A program made the position numbers and the translations under genes. This document shows positions 14,620 through 27,100 of a stretch of DNA of 64,000 nucleotides, piece after piece (within the stretch, counting starts at the first letter, position 1; each line of letters opens with the position of its first letter). Below the pieces are notes generated by a model. That model was not told where the DNA came from. It ran no database searches and was given only the letters and a program-made list of their open reading frames with translations. Origin of the DNA: Chrysomallon squamiferum (Eukaryota; Animalia; Mollusca); assembly GCA_012295275.1 (NCBI GenBank), contig CM022670.1, forward strand, positions 33,418,001 through 33,482,000, in the 5' to 3' direction.

Positions 14620-15683
14620 CAGAGATTCTCAAAGGGTGTGCCCAGGTGCACTGGTGCACCCGGAGACATGCTTAGGTTGCCCCACGAAATTCTAGGATCT
14701 AGGTTAATATTTGTGATGATAAAAAATTGATTATGCTAAGAGCAGAAAGATATCCAGTAAGAAATCTTAGCTGCCTGGAAGAAGATTTCATACACATTGT
14801 AAACTCGTTCAAAAAGAGTTTTGGCTGAGGAGCTGCACAGTAGTTCAGTAGTAATAGTATGAGTGACAGAGTGTGCAAGTGTGATAAATGGCCAGAGTTT
14901 TCTCATGACACATATTCCTATCACTGTCACAGTCACTAGCATCTAAAACTTTAATACTTTATGGAATTTTAGCCTATTACAGTGTTACATTTGTTAAAAG
15001 CAAACAATTGATAAAAGTTTCCCTCACTGCACAATGCACGCTATTAAAAATATAGCCTTTGTACTGTTCTTTGACATTTTAACAGTTCATTGCTTTGTAT
15101 TTCATATTACAATATTTTTATAGAAACTGCCAAGACACGTCAGGCTCTAATAGATGATGAATAAAGGTATATACTCACACAAGGGAGGTAACTCTAAATA
15201 TATCGGTGAACGTCTCTCAAACAAGGGCGGTAACTCTAAATGAATCGGTGAACATTTCTCACACAAGGGCGGTAACTCTAAATATATTGGTGAACATCTC
15301 TCACACAAGGGCTGTAACTAAATATATCGGTGAACATCTCTCACAGAAGGGCGGCAACTCTAAATATATCGGTGAACATCTCTCACACAAGGGCGGTAAC
15401 TGTAAATAATTCAGTCAACATCTCTCACAGAAGGAAGACAAACGGTATAGATTTCAGACAAGAACCGTTTATGCGCGAAATCTGACAGTGTTGTAGACAA
15501 TGAGGACAGACAACCTCGGCAGCCTGCTCCGCAACCGATTCAGCCGCAATATCCTTCTTTCAGTTATTTCTGTATTTTTTTTACATTTTGCATTTTATTT
15601 CTTAGCATTTTGTTTGTAGTGTGCCCGCAATTTTTTGTAAGGTTTCAAGTGTGCCCTGACTTCAAAAAATTTGAGAACCACTG
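14620..15683 (+). mobile_element. Non-autonomous hAT (Charlie-like) DNA transposon, copy 1, with internal 42-bp tandem array
   Basis: Terminal inverted repeats CAGAGATTCTCAAA (14620) and TTTGAGAACCACTG (ends 15683; reverse complement CAGTGGTTCTCAAA, typical of Charlie/MER5-type hAT ends). 8-bp target-site duplication ttgtaggt/ctgtaggt. A homologous copy lies at 36991-37954. No transposase ORF. Confidence 0.88.
15170..15433 (+). repeat. 42-bp tandem repeat (~6.5 units) inside hAT copy 1
   Basis: Unit tatatcggtgaacatctctcacacaagggcggtaactctaaa repeated head-to-tail without spacers. Confidence 0.9.
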
Positions 15684-15760
15684 CTGTAGGTGCATTAGGA
15701 ATCAGTGTATATCAGTGTTAGCTCTGAAAGTATAATGTGTTATATGGAACTTTTAGCAAT

Positions 15761-15800
<40 letters not shown>

Positions 15801-16399
15801 CCAGTATACCCTTTCTGTAACATGAAAACCTCATTACAGAATTTATATACACTCCATATTTCTCATTTTCATGACATGGTTTGAAGACAAAACCTCTGAC
15901 TGGACAACTTAATATGTACTAGTATTTGTTCATCTGCAATAAATTTTACTGCTTCATAAACATTTGATGCTATGAGGAGGCAAGCCTGTAACATCCATTT
16001 CGTCTATCAAAAATATATTTTGGAGAAAGTAGAAAATGAATTTTATACATAATTACGATTCACTAAGATCCTTTGTTCAAACAAAGTCTTATTTTTAAAA
16101 ACAAATCACCTTCAGAATCTGCAGCAATTTGATGAGTTCTGTTGTTTTTTCCTATATACAGATTTTTATCAAACACTACTTTATAAATTTTTCAGTATTA
16201 GAATTTCAGAAGAAGTAAAAAAGGTTTTATTTTAAACATTAAAAGAGATTCCTCTGAATCTAGAATTTGATACAAAAAAAAAAGATAATTCAGAATACAC
16301 TGACTTAATAAGTACTTGCATACAAAATAAAAATTGTTTATTTAAATTTTATTAATTTTCCATTCTTTTCCTTATTTTTAAAATACTTTATTTCTTTTC

Positions 16400-17110
16400 A
16401 TTTTATTTCGTTTTATTTATTTGTTTATTTGAATGAAGCTTCAAATTAACATTCACGTTACATTGCAAGGATTATATAATCAAGTAAAATCTAAAAGCGA
16501 GACATGGTAGAAAATGTCATTATAGCTAATACTAAAGCACACATTGTGAATGAGAAATTGTTTCACGTCAGTAACAAAAACAAGTGCATACGTTTTGATC
16601 GCAGACGAAATTTATTTTCACATGATTGTTAACAAACGTAACAATTGTTACGTGAGACCTATTGGATGAGAGGCGTAGCAAATACACTCGTATGTGTACG
16701 AAGATCAGTCGATGCCGCAAACACGCGATATTGTTATAATTGTGTAAAACGGGAATACCGTAGATTCGTAGTGTGTTTTATTAATTACTACAGGTAAATT
16801 TTGTTAATTAATTAATTAAACAGTTTTCAAAACTGTATGTTACGTAAACGTATACGATAAAATCATACGGTTTTTGTTCTGAAGACAGTTTTTTTTTTTT
16901 TTTTTACAAATCTTAGTATCTGAGTATCATAATCATGATTATGTTGTTTCTTTAGTTATTCACTTAAGACTTATTGTTCAACTTCAAGGCAGGCAGTTCT
17001 GAGTTCAGAAATTCACATGGGATTTATATAAGGTTTTATTTAATATCGTAACCACGTAAATTTGTAGACATTAAAACTGCAGAAGTAAGCACAACACGAT
17101 TAAGCAAATT
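16400..17110 (+). promoter_or_regulatory. CpG-retaining promoter region and probable non-coding first exon of POMGNT1 (donor CAG|GTAAAT at 16793/16794)
   Basis: Local cluster of CpGs in otherwise CpG-depleted DNA, reverse CCAAT (ATTGG) at 16661, several ACGT cores and a strong splice donor. The next acceptor used is at 20754, 11 nt before the ATG. The TSS itself cannot be seen. Confidence 0.65.
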
Positions 17111-17524
17111 AGATAGCAAACTGTACTAAATATTGTTTGGAAAAAATAAGTTTCTTTTAAAATTTGAAAAATAATTCATTTCTTATTAGAATTGAGCACA
17201 TTAAATGATTAATAATAAATAAATTTAAAAGCTTATGAAAACAGTCATTTTGTGTTTTTAGAATACAGTGAATTTTATTGAGAGGGAAGTAAATTGCTTT
17301 TGCAATGCTTGTGACAAGTGAAAAAAATACATTTGTTTGCCAAAATTCTAACTTATTTTAATTTTTTTTTTTTTTTATCTTTATTATTATTGTTAATTTT
17401 TAAGATATTTTATTATTTTGTTAATGTCTAAGACATTTAATATTAGCATTAAATTTATTGAAATTTAATCTTCAGCAGACAAAATAAAAAATGCTTTTTT
17501 TATTTTTAATTAAGTAACTTTAGA

Positions 17525-17572
<48 letters not shown>

Positions 17573-18849
17573 TTTTTATTTATTTATTTATTTTCACCGT
17601 CTTTTGTTTATTTGGTTGATACATTTATTCATACCTGAAAACAGAATATTTAAACAGTAATAGTAAATAAAGGTTAAAAATTCATATTCTCAATACTTTT
17701 GCCTCTCCATCCATACTGCAAAATTAAATTGTAAATGGTAACAATAAAATATTTGATATAATAGCAAAATAAATAATATTTAATAACTGGTCTTAGATAT
17801 GATTGTAAAGTAGTTTTTACTTTTATTTATTTATTTCTATACTTTTATTTTATTTTAATATGGTCTTTTCCTAATTTCCATTTGAATTATATGTCTGATG
17901 TTTTCCTTAAGTTGAAAACATGACTTAATATTTGTGATTTATATGTCATCTCCATTCAGTATTTGACACAACAGTATGTCATTGTTAGATAAATATTTCA
18001 GGATGATGCAAGCCATTCTAAATATACTGACTGTTGATATTTCCATATTTTATACAACAAAACCTGTTTACTCTGACCAGGAACAAACATCTGCTGGTCA
18101 AGCTGTCGATAACCTTTGTAAAGGACCTTTCTGGAATGTCACTTAAAAAATAAATAAATAAATAAAATATAATAATAAATAAAAATAAAGCAAATGAAAG
18201 GAATAAATGATTTTTTCATTGAACACTAGTATAAAAAAATAAAACAATTGTTTCAATATTTTCTTTAACGCAGTTTGGTTTTCTTCTTTTCTAAAATGTT
18301 TGTTTTGAAGTGAGTTGATTTAATGAGTTTTCTGACTGTAATGGAAATAATCAGAAGAATTTTTAACTTTTTTTTTTTTTTTTTTTTTTAATAATTTCTT
18401 AATGACAAGTTTTAATGAGTGTTGAAAAGTATAATTCCATATGTGAAATTAGTTAGCGACTACAGCTATAATTCCATTTTTTTCATTTTTAAATATTCAC
18501 AAGGAACAGGCAGTTAAAATGCTTTTGTTTTTGAATCTTCATTTTATGTTTTTGTGTGTAAAATATAACATTCAGTTATTGTAAATTTTGAGGATAATAA
18601 GTATTTTACTTAGATTCTCTGCTGGCAGTTTTTCTTCTGTTCATTTAGAAATAATAATAACAACAACAACATAATCTTTGAATATATCAGCATCTAAAGA
18701 TCCATTCAGCTACTGTTGATTATAATTACATATCCACATGCATGAACTTTGATTTTGTGCTACACTGTCTGAGTGAGTAGAGATATACTTCATGATTTTT
18801 TTTTCTAAATTATGTACAAGTATGTGTGTGTGTGTGTGTACATACACAG

Positions 18850-18880
<31 letters not shown>

Positions 18881-19037
18881 GAAGTAATTTATCAGAAGAT
18901 AATAGTATTATATGAAGCATTTATGTCTGTTTGACATTTCAATTTTATGATACATCCTGTATTATTGTTGTTGTTGCTGTTGTTATTATTAATAAATAAA
19001 CTGTATTAGGAAAATGCATTTTTTACAATGATTAAAT

Positions 19038-19090
<53 letters not shown>

Positions 19091-20765
19091 ATGCTGATAG
19101 GAGAAGATAGCTTGTTTTTTGACTGACCAACATTTTTCATAATTAATGATGTTTTTTTAGTTCTGTGTGACAAAATTAATTTTGTCATGAATACTTTCAG
19201 CTGTAATGCAACACACCCTTTTCTAAAATCTCAGGCGCACCCAGATACCTGTTCTTTGTTCAAACCAGTAATAATCTGAAAAGACTTGTTTTATTATAAC
19301 AATAATCCTACTTGGGATCCTTATGATGAAATATTATGTAACATATGCTTTTCCTTTCTTACTGAAAAAGAAAAAAAGGGTAAAAAATCATTCACATAAA
19401 AAGTAGTTAGATTAAGAAAACAAATAATGATGATAAACATATTACCTATTTTAATCATTTTAAGTACAGTGCTGTAGTATTTATACTTCTACTTAATGTG
19501 TAATAAATGAGCTACACATCTCTCAAAAATTCAATTCTAGACATTTAACACCTTTTAACAATGGCATTTTCTTTCCATCAAGTTTGATGACTGTTCATTG
19601 ATTATTTCTTCCATTTAGGAAACCGGTACCAATGAAATTCATTAAATATTAAATAATTAACGGTGGCATGAGACAAACATTACTGAAGTGCCTCATTGTA
19701 CAGGGAAAGAGTGAGAGTTGTTGTTGGTAAGCAGCCAGTTGGACCAGTCTGAACACAACATGTTGACTGCACAGACATGATTCTGTAGATATGGCTTTAT
19801 ACTGGGATGTAAACACATGCAGCTGTTTGTGAAAGTAAGCATAGAACATTCATTTTATTTATATATCTTTTCATCTATGTGTCTGGGTCTGTGAAAATAG
19901 CAATTTGTAATTTCAAAAAAAAAAAGCCTTGTTTGCAAAAATACTAATGGTTATTTTAATAGTTGTTATAAGTGGTGGAATGTAAATATAACATAATTAT
20001 TAGTATTTTAATAGTTGTAATAAATTGTATATAAATATAAAGTACAATTTGCTTAAATAATGAGTATTTTAATAGTCATAACAGACTGACTTATAATATA
20101 AAACAATTTACTAAAATATGAAGTATAATTACAGATAACAAATTTTATAATGATAATAAATGGTGTTTATAAATATAATATAAAACATAATTTACTGAAA
20201 TAATAATTATTTTAATGGTGATAAAAAATATTAATAATAATTATTGCTATGGTTTTTTTTTATAAATACAGTATGTAATGTAAAACATAAAATGTTTTAA
20301 TTATTGTTTCAGTGACTTTACTAGTGACATATCTGATCATTTAGTTTTCTCAAATTATTGGAAATATTGTTAGGTAATAAAGAAAAAGAGATACCAGATC
20401 TTTTGTGTTTTTAGATTACTATCAGTATTACATGTTCCGTGTAACTCTTGTTTACTTGATATTGACATATTGATTTACATATTGTATATTGTAAATTATA
20501 TAATTTTATTATCTTGTATGTTGATTATTAAGTCAAAATAGATTTTATTCTTTGGTTTCCTGAAGTTTATTTCTATTAGCATATCTTCTTTTTCTAATGT
20601 AGGAAATGACATATTTTCAATTACAGATGACAATATTGAAATTAGTTTTCTTCAGTAGTACTTGATTAATAATAGCTAGTATCAGTGTTTCCATTTAGTA
20701 CTGTTGTGTGCAGAAAACAGATTACAAGTTAATAAGTCATATAATTTCTGTTAGGTTTGAACAGC

Positions 20766-22709
20766 ATGGACAGTTGGGTGCCCAACCCAAGAGCTAAACC
20801 ATTTGTTCCTAGAAGAAAATTTAGTTTAAAGATAAATGGATCAACATTCTTTGGCAAAAGAAAATGCATCTCAAAGTTCTTCCAGGTATGTTTTGTTTAT
20901 ATGTTGTCAATGTCATTATATTATATGTAATACATATGACATATAAAAAATAAAACACACATATATTTTATTTATAGAAAGATAGATAGATAATCTATAA
21001 TACAGATAGATAGATTTTAATTTTTTTATTGTAATTATTCAGAACTGACTGCTAGAGTTACAGTGATTAAATTCCTAGCATTTATTTTCCTATGAAAGCT
21101 GGGAAGATAGAAATGCCTTATAAATAAATAAATAAATATATAATATAAAATGTAAATATAATATGTTAAATACAGTTTTGAATACTGTGCTATCAGATGT
21201 TGTTGTTTTTTGTAAAGAATTTAAGAGACAAAAAAAAAAAAAAAAACCCAAACATAATTCAGTGATAATTAATTGAAACAATGTTCCAGTTATAGATATT
21301 TTAATTATCAATCATTTGTAATCAATGAATTGTGGTGTGTCTTAAATAAATATATTGAAGTTAACGCAACATAGATAAATATTTATCTGTAAGGATATGG
21401 CTGTTTTCTCATTTACTAAAACTTTAATTTCAGGGTGGATTGGTCCTGGTTCTTCTGGTCACTGTTGTAATCAACATTACATTCATTCTGGATACTAACA
21501 AGAAACTGCGGATGACTGCAAGCCTGACAAATGATAGTAAGAAATGGATTTGTTTTTATATTTTTTTATCTATTTATTTATTTATTTATTTGTTTCTTAA
21601 TTAAGAACGTGATTTAAATAAATGTACCCTATTTTTCTCATATATATAATAAATGAACTGAAAAGAATAAATAAATAAATAAAATATTTTGAATCTTGTA
21701 CGTCCTAGAAGTCAAGTATTTGCATGTTTTATTAACATGGATGTCTTGCTTAACCACTTGATGCACATTCTGCAGCCATTTATAAACTGCATTTGTTGCG
21801 GTCTCAACACCAAGTTAAAAATAGAAAACGAGAACTGCCAGCCAGTTTTGTTTTTATCTGCTAATGGGAGAAAGCATTGATAAGAGCATATTTAATTCTA
21901 ATGTTGTTTCGTATTGTGTTTCCAAACAGCACAATATGGTCTGTGTTTCAAAGATAATACAGGTTCCTGCAATCAGCAATCATTTACACTCACAAGATTA
22001 ACATGATATTGGGTGTACTCAGAAATATGAGTTAACAGATTTAACTTTTTTTTTAAAGTTTTTTTTTTGTTTTTGAAATGAGCTGTTTGTGGTATGCCAG
22101 GAAATATGTGTTATTTGATTATTAAATAATTGGTTACAGAGGGAAATACTTTAATTAAAAGTTGCTGAATAGATTATCATTACATTCCAAAGTGATAAAT
22201 AACAGATGCTTAGGAATTCTTTTTTCTGTTAATTAAGCATATCAAGAAGGTATGCTGTTTTTATATGTGTGTTTAGAAACACATATACACAAGGTTATCA
22301 AGTACAGTAACCATTAATTTAATGGAATTTCAACAGTTATTTTAAAAACTGCAATTATAGATTAGTGCTTATTTGACCTCTATCTTGTTTTGTTTTCCAG
22401 TAGAGAAACATTATTCCAAATGTCTAAATACATTATTAATTATTGCTAATCAGGTGTGTGTGTGTGCATGTGACTGACCATTCAACACTGTTATAACACT
22501 GACTGTTTTGTTTGTTGCTAGGACATTAGACATTTCATTTAACACTTCTGTGGTTTTGTTACATGTTTCTTACATTAACTTGCAAGATTCATGAGTAAAA
22601 CCACTGTTGTTCATTTTACAAACTATGATATGAAAGATCAGAAAAATATATACATTGGGCTTACTTTTTTTTTTTTTTTTTTTTTTTTTCTTACTTCCTC
22701 TATTATATA

Positions 22710-22740
<31 letters not shown>

Positions 22741-24134
22741 ACATATATTGATTTAATATGGGTTTAAAATGGAAAACAGTAAACCTCATATATATATATA
22801 TTGCATGTGGATATGAGGTTTATTGTTTTCCATTTTAAACCCATATTAAATGAATAAATGAGATAAAAATAGAAGGAATACAAGGACATCTGTGATAATT
22901 TCATATACAGCAAATATATTTTTTCCTTTTTATCATTTTCAAAATCTGTTTGAAATGTTGCAAAGCATTGTACTACAATTAGAACTGTTACACTGGATTT
23001 GTTGTGAACTTGTTCATAACCATTTTTGAAAATAGAGTGCAACCATCATTAATACAGTTAGTTTCAGATTTAATTTATTAGTCAAGTTCTGTTAAGTAAA
23101 TGAGTACTAATAAATTTTGTGGTTCCCTTTTGGGATTATTATTCAATGTAATGTTTATAAATTATAGACACATAATATTAATTTATGAAAAACAAGTTAA
23201 GAAATGTTGAGCTCAGTGTCATTGAAAGTATGTATTTACATCTGCACACACATATATATAAATTCTCATACATTAGTGCACATGCACAAACGCATGCATG
23301 CATGCACCCCCACCCACCCCCACACACACACAGTATGTGGCTGAGTCTGACTGCACTGAAGTTTAAAGTTTGATATTGTTTGCACCAGCTGCCGGGTCAA
23401 AATTCTATAGCAATGTGGTGATTCAAACAGATATATTTAAATGTGGTATGTTTGTGGTTACTCCCTTTTAAATTAAATTGAAATAAAATTTTCTATAAAT
23501 AAATTTTTTATCATAACTGGTTTATTTATTTATTTAAAATTTAAAAAATAATATAAAACAATAATGTAAATCTGTTAAGTCAATGACTTCTGGACATGAC
23601 TCATGTGACAGACATTGATCAGTCAACAACATGTTACCAACACATGGTTTCTGAATAAATATCTGTAGACAAACACACACACATATATATACATAACCTA
23701 TTTAAATACAGTGTTTTAAAATAGTCTATCTGCAGGACAAAGCCTGTTGTAATTCTAACACATCAGTTTACATTTTATTATAAACTGTTTTAACGTTTAA
23801 CATCAAACGTTTATTTTGTGTGACCATTCAGCTTTGTGATATGATGGTGATGTGGAGACCTTACACATGTGAATGACGTTGCAAATGATGTGACTGATGA
23901 GGCTGGTTATATTAAAGGCAGTTCATGTAGTAGTTGTTGCTGTACAGGTTTTTGTTAACATCTCTGTTGTTTCTGCGTGGGATTACTGTTCTGATGGATC
24001 ATGTGCTTTATTGTCATCATGTAAATTTATAGTTACTATGTTTAGCTTTTAGGGTGGGGATTGTTGTTATTATTAGTGTATGTGTCAGTTTAGTAATCCA
24101 GTGTGAAAAGGTGGTAATAATAACAAAAATTAAC

Positions 24135-24168
<34 letters not shown>

Positions 24169-27100
24169 TTAGGTAAACAAAAATTCAATTCAATTCAATT
24201 CAATAGAGTAGAGTAAAATAAAGTAATGTGTTTTGCATATAGCCAATTGCACATATTTCTGAATAGTAACACTGCACTTTCATCCAGTATTTTGTTAAAA
24301 AAAATGTTTCCTGTTTTTTATTCTTTTTACAGAAATTAGCAGTTAATAAAACATAATTATACATGCTTTATGTTATAAGTGGATAATAAATAAAAAAATG
24401 CATCTTTTTATAATGGTTTTAGCTGAAAAGAACCTCACAGAGGCTATTAGTTTCAAATTCTGCTAATGTATCACAGGTGTTTAAAGATTAATACAAGTTC
24501 TAAAAACTGTAAAATCATGGGAATTAATACATCACATTCAAAACATAAAAATATATTATTATTGTTATTGTTCTTATTATTTCTGAGTTAAAATGTTGAA
24601 AAGGATCTGAAGAAAACTCTGTCACCACTGTTATCACACTTGTAGTGTTATTATTGTTGTTGTTGTTTGTTGTTGATGTTGCTGTTGTTATTACTACTAC
24701 TATTATTATTATTATCAATTATTAGTATTAGTATTATTGTTATTATTATTTATTACAGATCCTTCAGAAAAACTTCCTCGTTCAATATCAGTTGAGGTGG
24801 TGTCAAGCAAGGAACTGGTGTTCGTTGCAGTTGATGGCACAACAGTAGGTTACATCTTACTTTTCCTTCACTAACTTTTCTTATGAAAGGTAATTTTCAA
24901 CACATTTGTTCTGATTAACAAGCAAAAACATTGCTTTGATTTTATTCTATTTTATATATATTTTTTTTAATGGATTAGCAAGTTTTAATAAAATTCAGTT
25001 TTGTAATTGTTTTAATTCCTAGAAATAACACTATAATAACAATATTGGTAGATGCTGTAATTCGAGTTTTGTGATTAGTATAATTATTACTTTGTTATTT
25101 ACATCTAGACAAAAACATATGGTTATGTTTCTTTTATTTTTTATTATCATCTAGATTCTTCAGGATGAAGGATTAGAAAAAAATCGTGGAATCCATGTTC
25201 TAGTGTTAAACCAAAGAACTGTTAGTATTATTGTTATTATCATCGTCATCATCATCATTATTATTATTATTATTATTATTTCACATTTTAAAATTTATTT
25301 AAGCATAAAGTTAAACCAAGCTGGTACATTAAAATTTAATTTTAAGTGAGTAGTTCTTTTTCATCTTATTCTTTTTCTTTTTTTAAATTTATTTATATAT
25401 ATATATTTTTTTATTATTATTTTTTTAATCTCATTAGCTAAATTTATAAGTCAGCAAAGACTATATTTTTATAAAACTGTTCTTAACAATTCTAGAAATT
25501 ATTTTAAAAACAAAATACATAATTATTATTTTATTTTTCAGGGAAGTGTTATGGCAAAGCAAGTGTTTGACACATATAGTCAACGAGAGGATGATTCTTT
25601 GGTTTTATTTATCAACATGGTTTCCAATGGGCGCATCTTAGTCTTCACAATCAAGGTTGTTATTTATTATCATGTGTTTCTTTTTGTTAACATTTTCTTA
25701 AGATTATTTTACATTAAATATATATAAATAATAGTGTAGAATAATACCTTTTTTGCTTTTATTAAATTACATAAATATTCAGAGCATGCATAATTATGTA
25801 TATAAAACATAGATATGTACAGAAACACATGCACACATCACAATACAATAGCATGGAATAACAAGACTTTCAAGTATGTTAACAATACCAGTTAAACTGA
25901 GAAACAGTGGAATGTATTTTTACTTTGAAAATAACTAAAAAATAATTAATAATTATAATAATAATATTAACCTATTTAATTATATATTTACTGCAGGATG
26001 AAGGAACATTTCAGTTAAAAGGTGCTGCCAGAAAATACTTGAAAGAACTTGGCAGCAGTAAAGCAGACATATTAAACTGGAGAGATACGTGGGCTTTTAT
26101 CACAGTCAAAGGTGGTGAGTTGTAATTATAAACTTGTGTTTTACTGTTTTTATCTTTATTTTTTTATAAATACAAAATAGGCAATTTTTTATTTTCATTT
26201 TTATGAATTACATTTATAAGGAAGAAATTTAATTTTGGGGAATCGAAAATTGATAGAAACATTATTTGGTATTGACATTTTCTCAAGTACTAATAGACAT
26301 AACAAATGTTCAGTTTCCTTTTTCACTAATAAATTGAGAAAACAGAGTATTCATTTTTTCAAATATATTAAATCACAGTGTTAATTTTTTATGAATAACT
26401 GTCTGTGAAATTCAAGACATGAATATACGTATGTATGTATGTATGTGTGTCTATAAAATATATATATATATATATATTTTTTTTCTCTCTCTTTCTGCAG
26501 GTAAACCAATTTCAGAAGGACATAGCAAGTCTCCAAAACTCACTGCGTGGGGTGATAGTGTTTCACTGAAAGTAGACATACCTCTCTCCTCAACACCAGG
26601 TAATTAGGTTCATCAGTGGTCCAACATACAAAAAAAGGGAATTGGTATAATGTTTTGAGTGCTAGATTAAATCCATATCTCCTTTAAGCATGTGTTTCTT
26701 TTGCTCATATATTTATATCTGCCAGCAGAAATTCAGGGAAAAAGGCATTATTGATGCATTAATATATCGGATTTGGTATTTTTATGTGCCAGTAACCTTC
26801 CGAATTGAGATAAGTTTGTTTTAGATTACTGGTTATTTTTGAAAGGCATGTTGTGTATGCTGTGCTGTTAAATTTGAGTTATAAACTGTCATGACTTTGC
26901 ACAATAACAGTTTTATATTGGTTTTTTACTTATATGATGATACACATTGATACTTTTTTTTTTTTATATATGTATATATTACACTTTAAATGCATAACGT
27001 TTAATGTGCATTGAAAATAGCTTTACTTGTGATATTTTACTATTTTAAAGTTTATATATTGTTCTCATTAACATAATATGTCCATTTAAATTTTAAACAT

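Noticed and set aside
15170-15433. 42-bp repeat arrays (also 37461-37695) as CRISPR-like arrays
   Set aside because: Units are head-to-tail without unique spacers, lie inside a TIR/TSD-bounded transposon, and there are no cas genes in this eukaryotic context.
18001-18080. Intronic C/D box snoRNA candidate (atgatgc...ctga); similar weak cases at 7299-7368 and 19323-19365
   Set aside because: Imperfect C box or wrong spacing, no convincing terminal stem and no recognisable rRNA antisense element.
24423-24476. Extra POMGNT1 exon (also 22401-22453)
   Set aside because: 24423-24476 has a stop in the required phase-1 frame, and 22401-22453 is not frame-preserving, so neither joins correctly to exon 24759.
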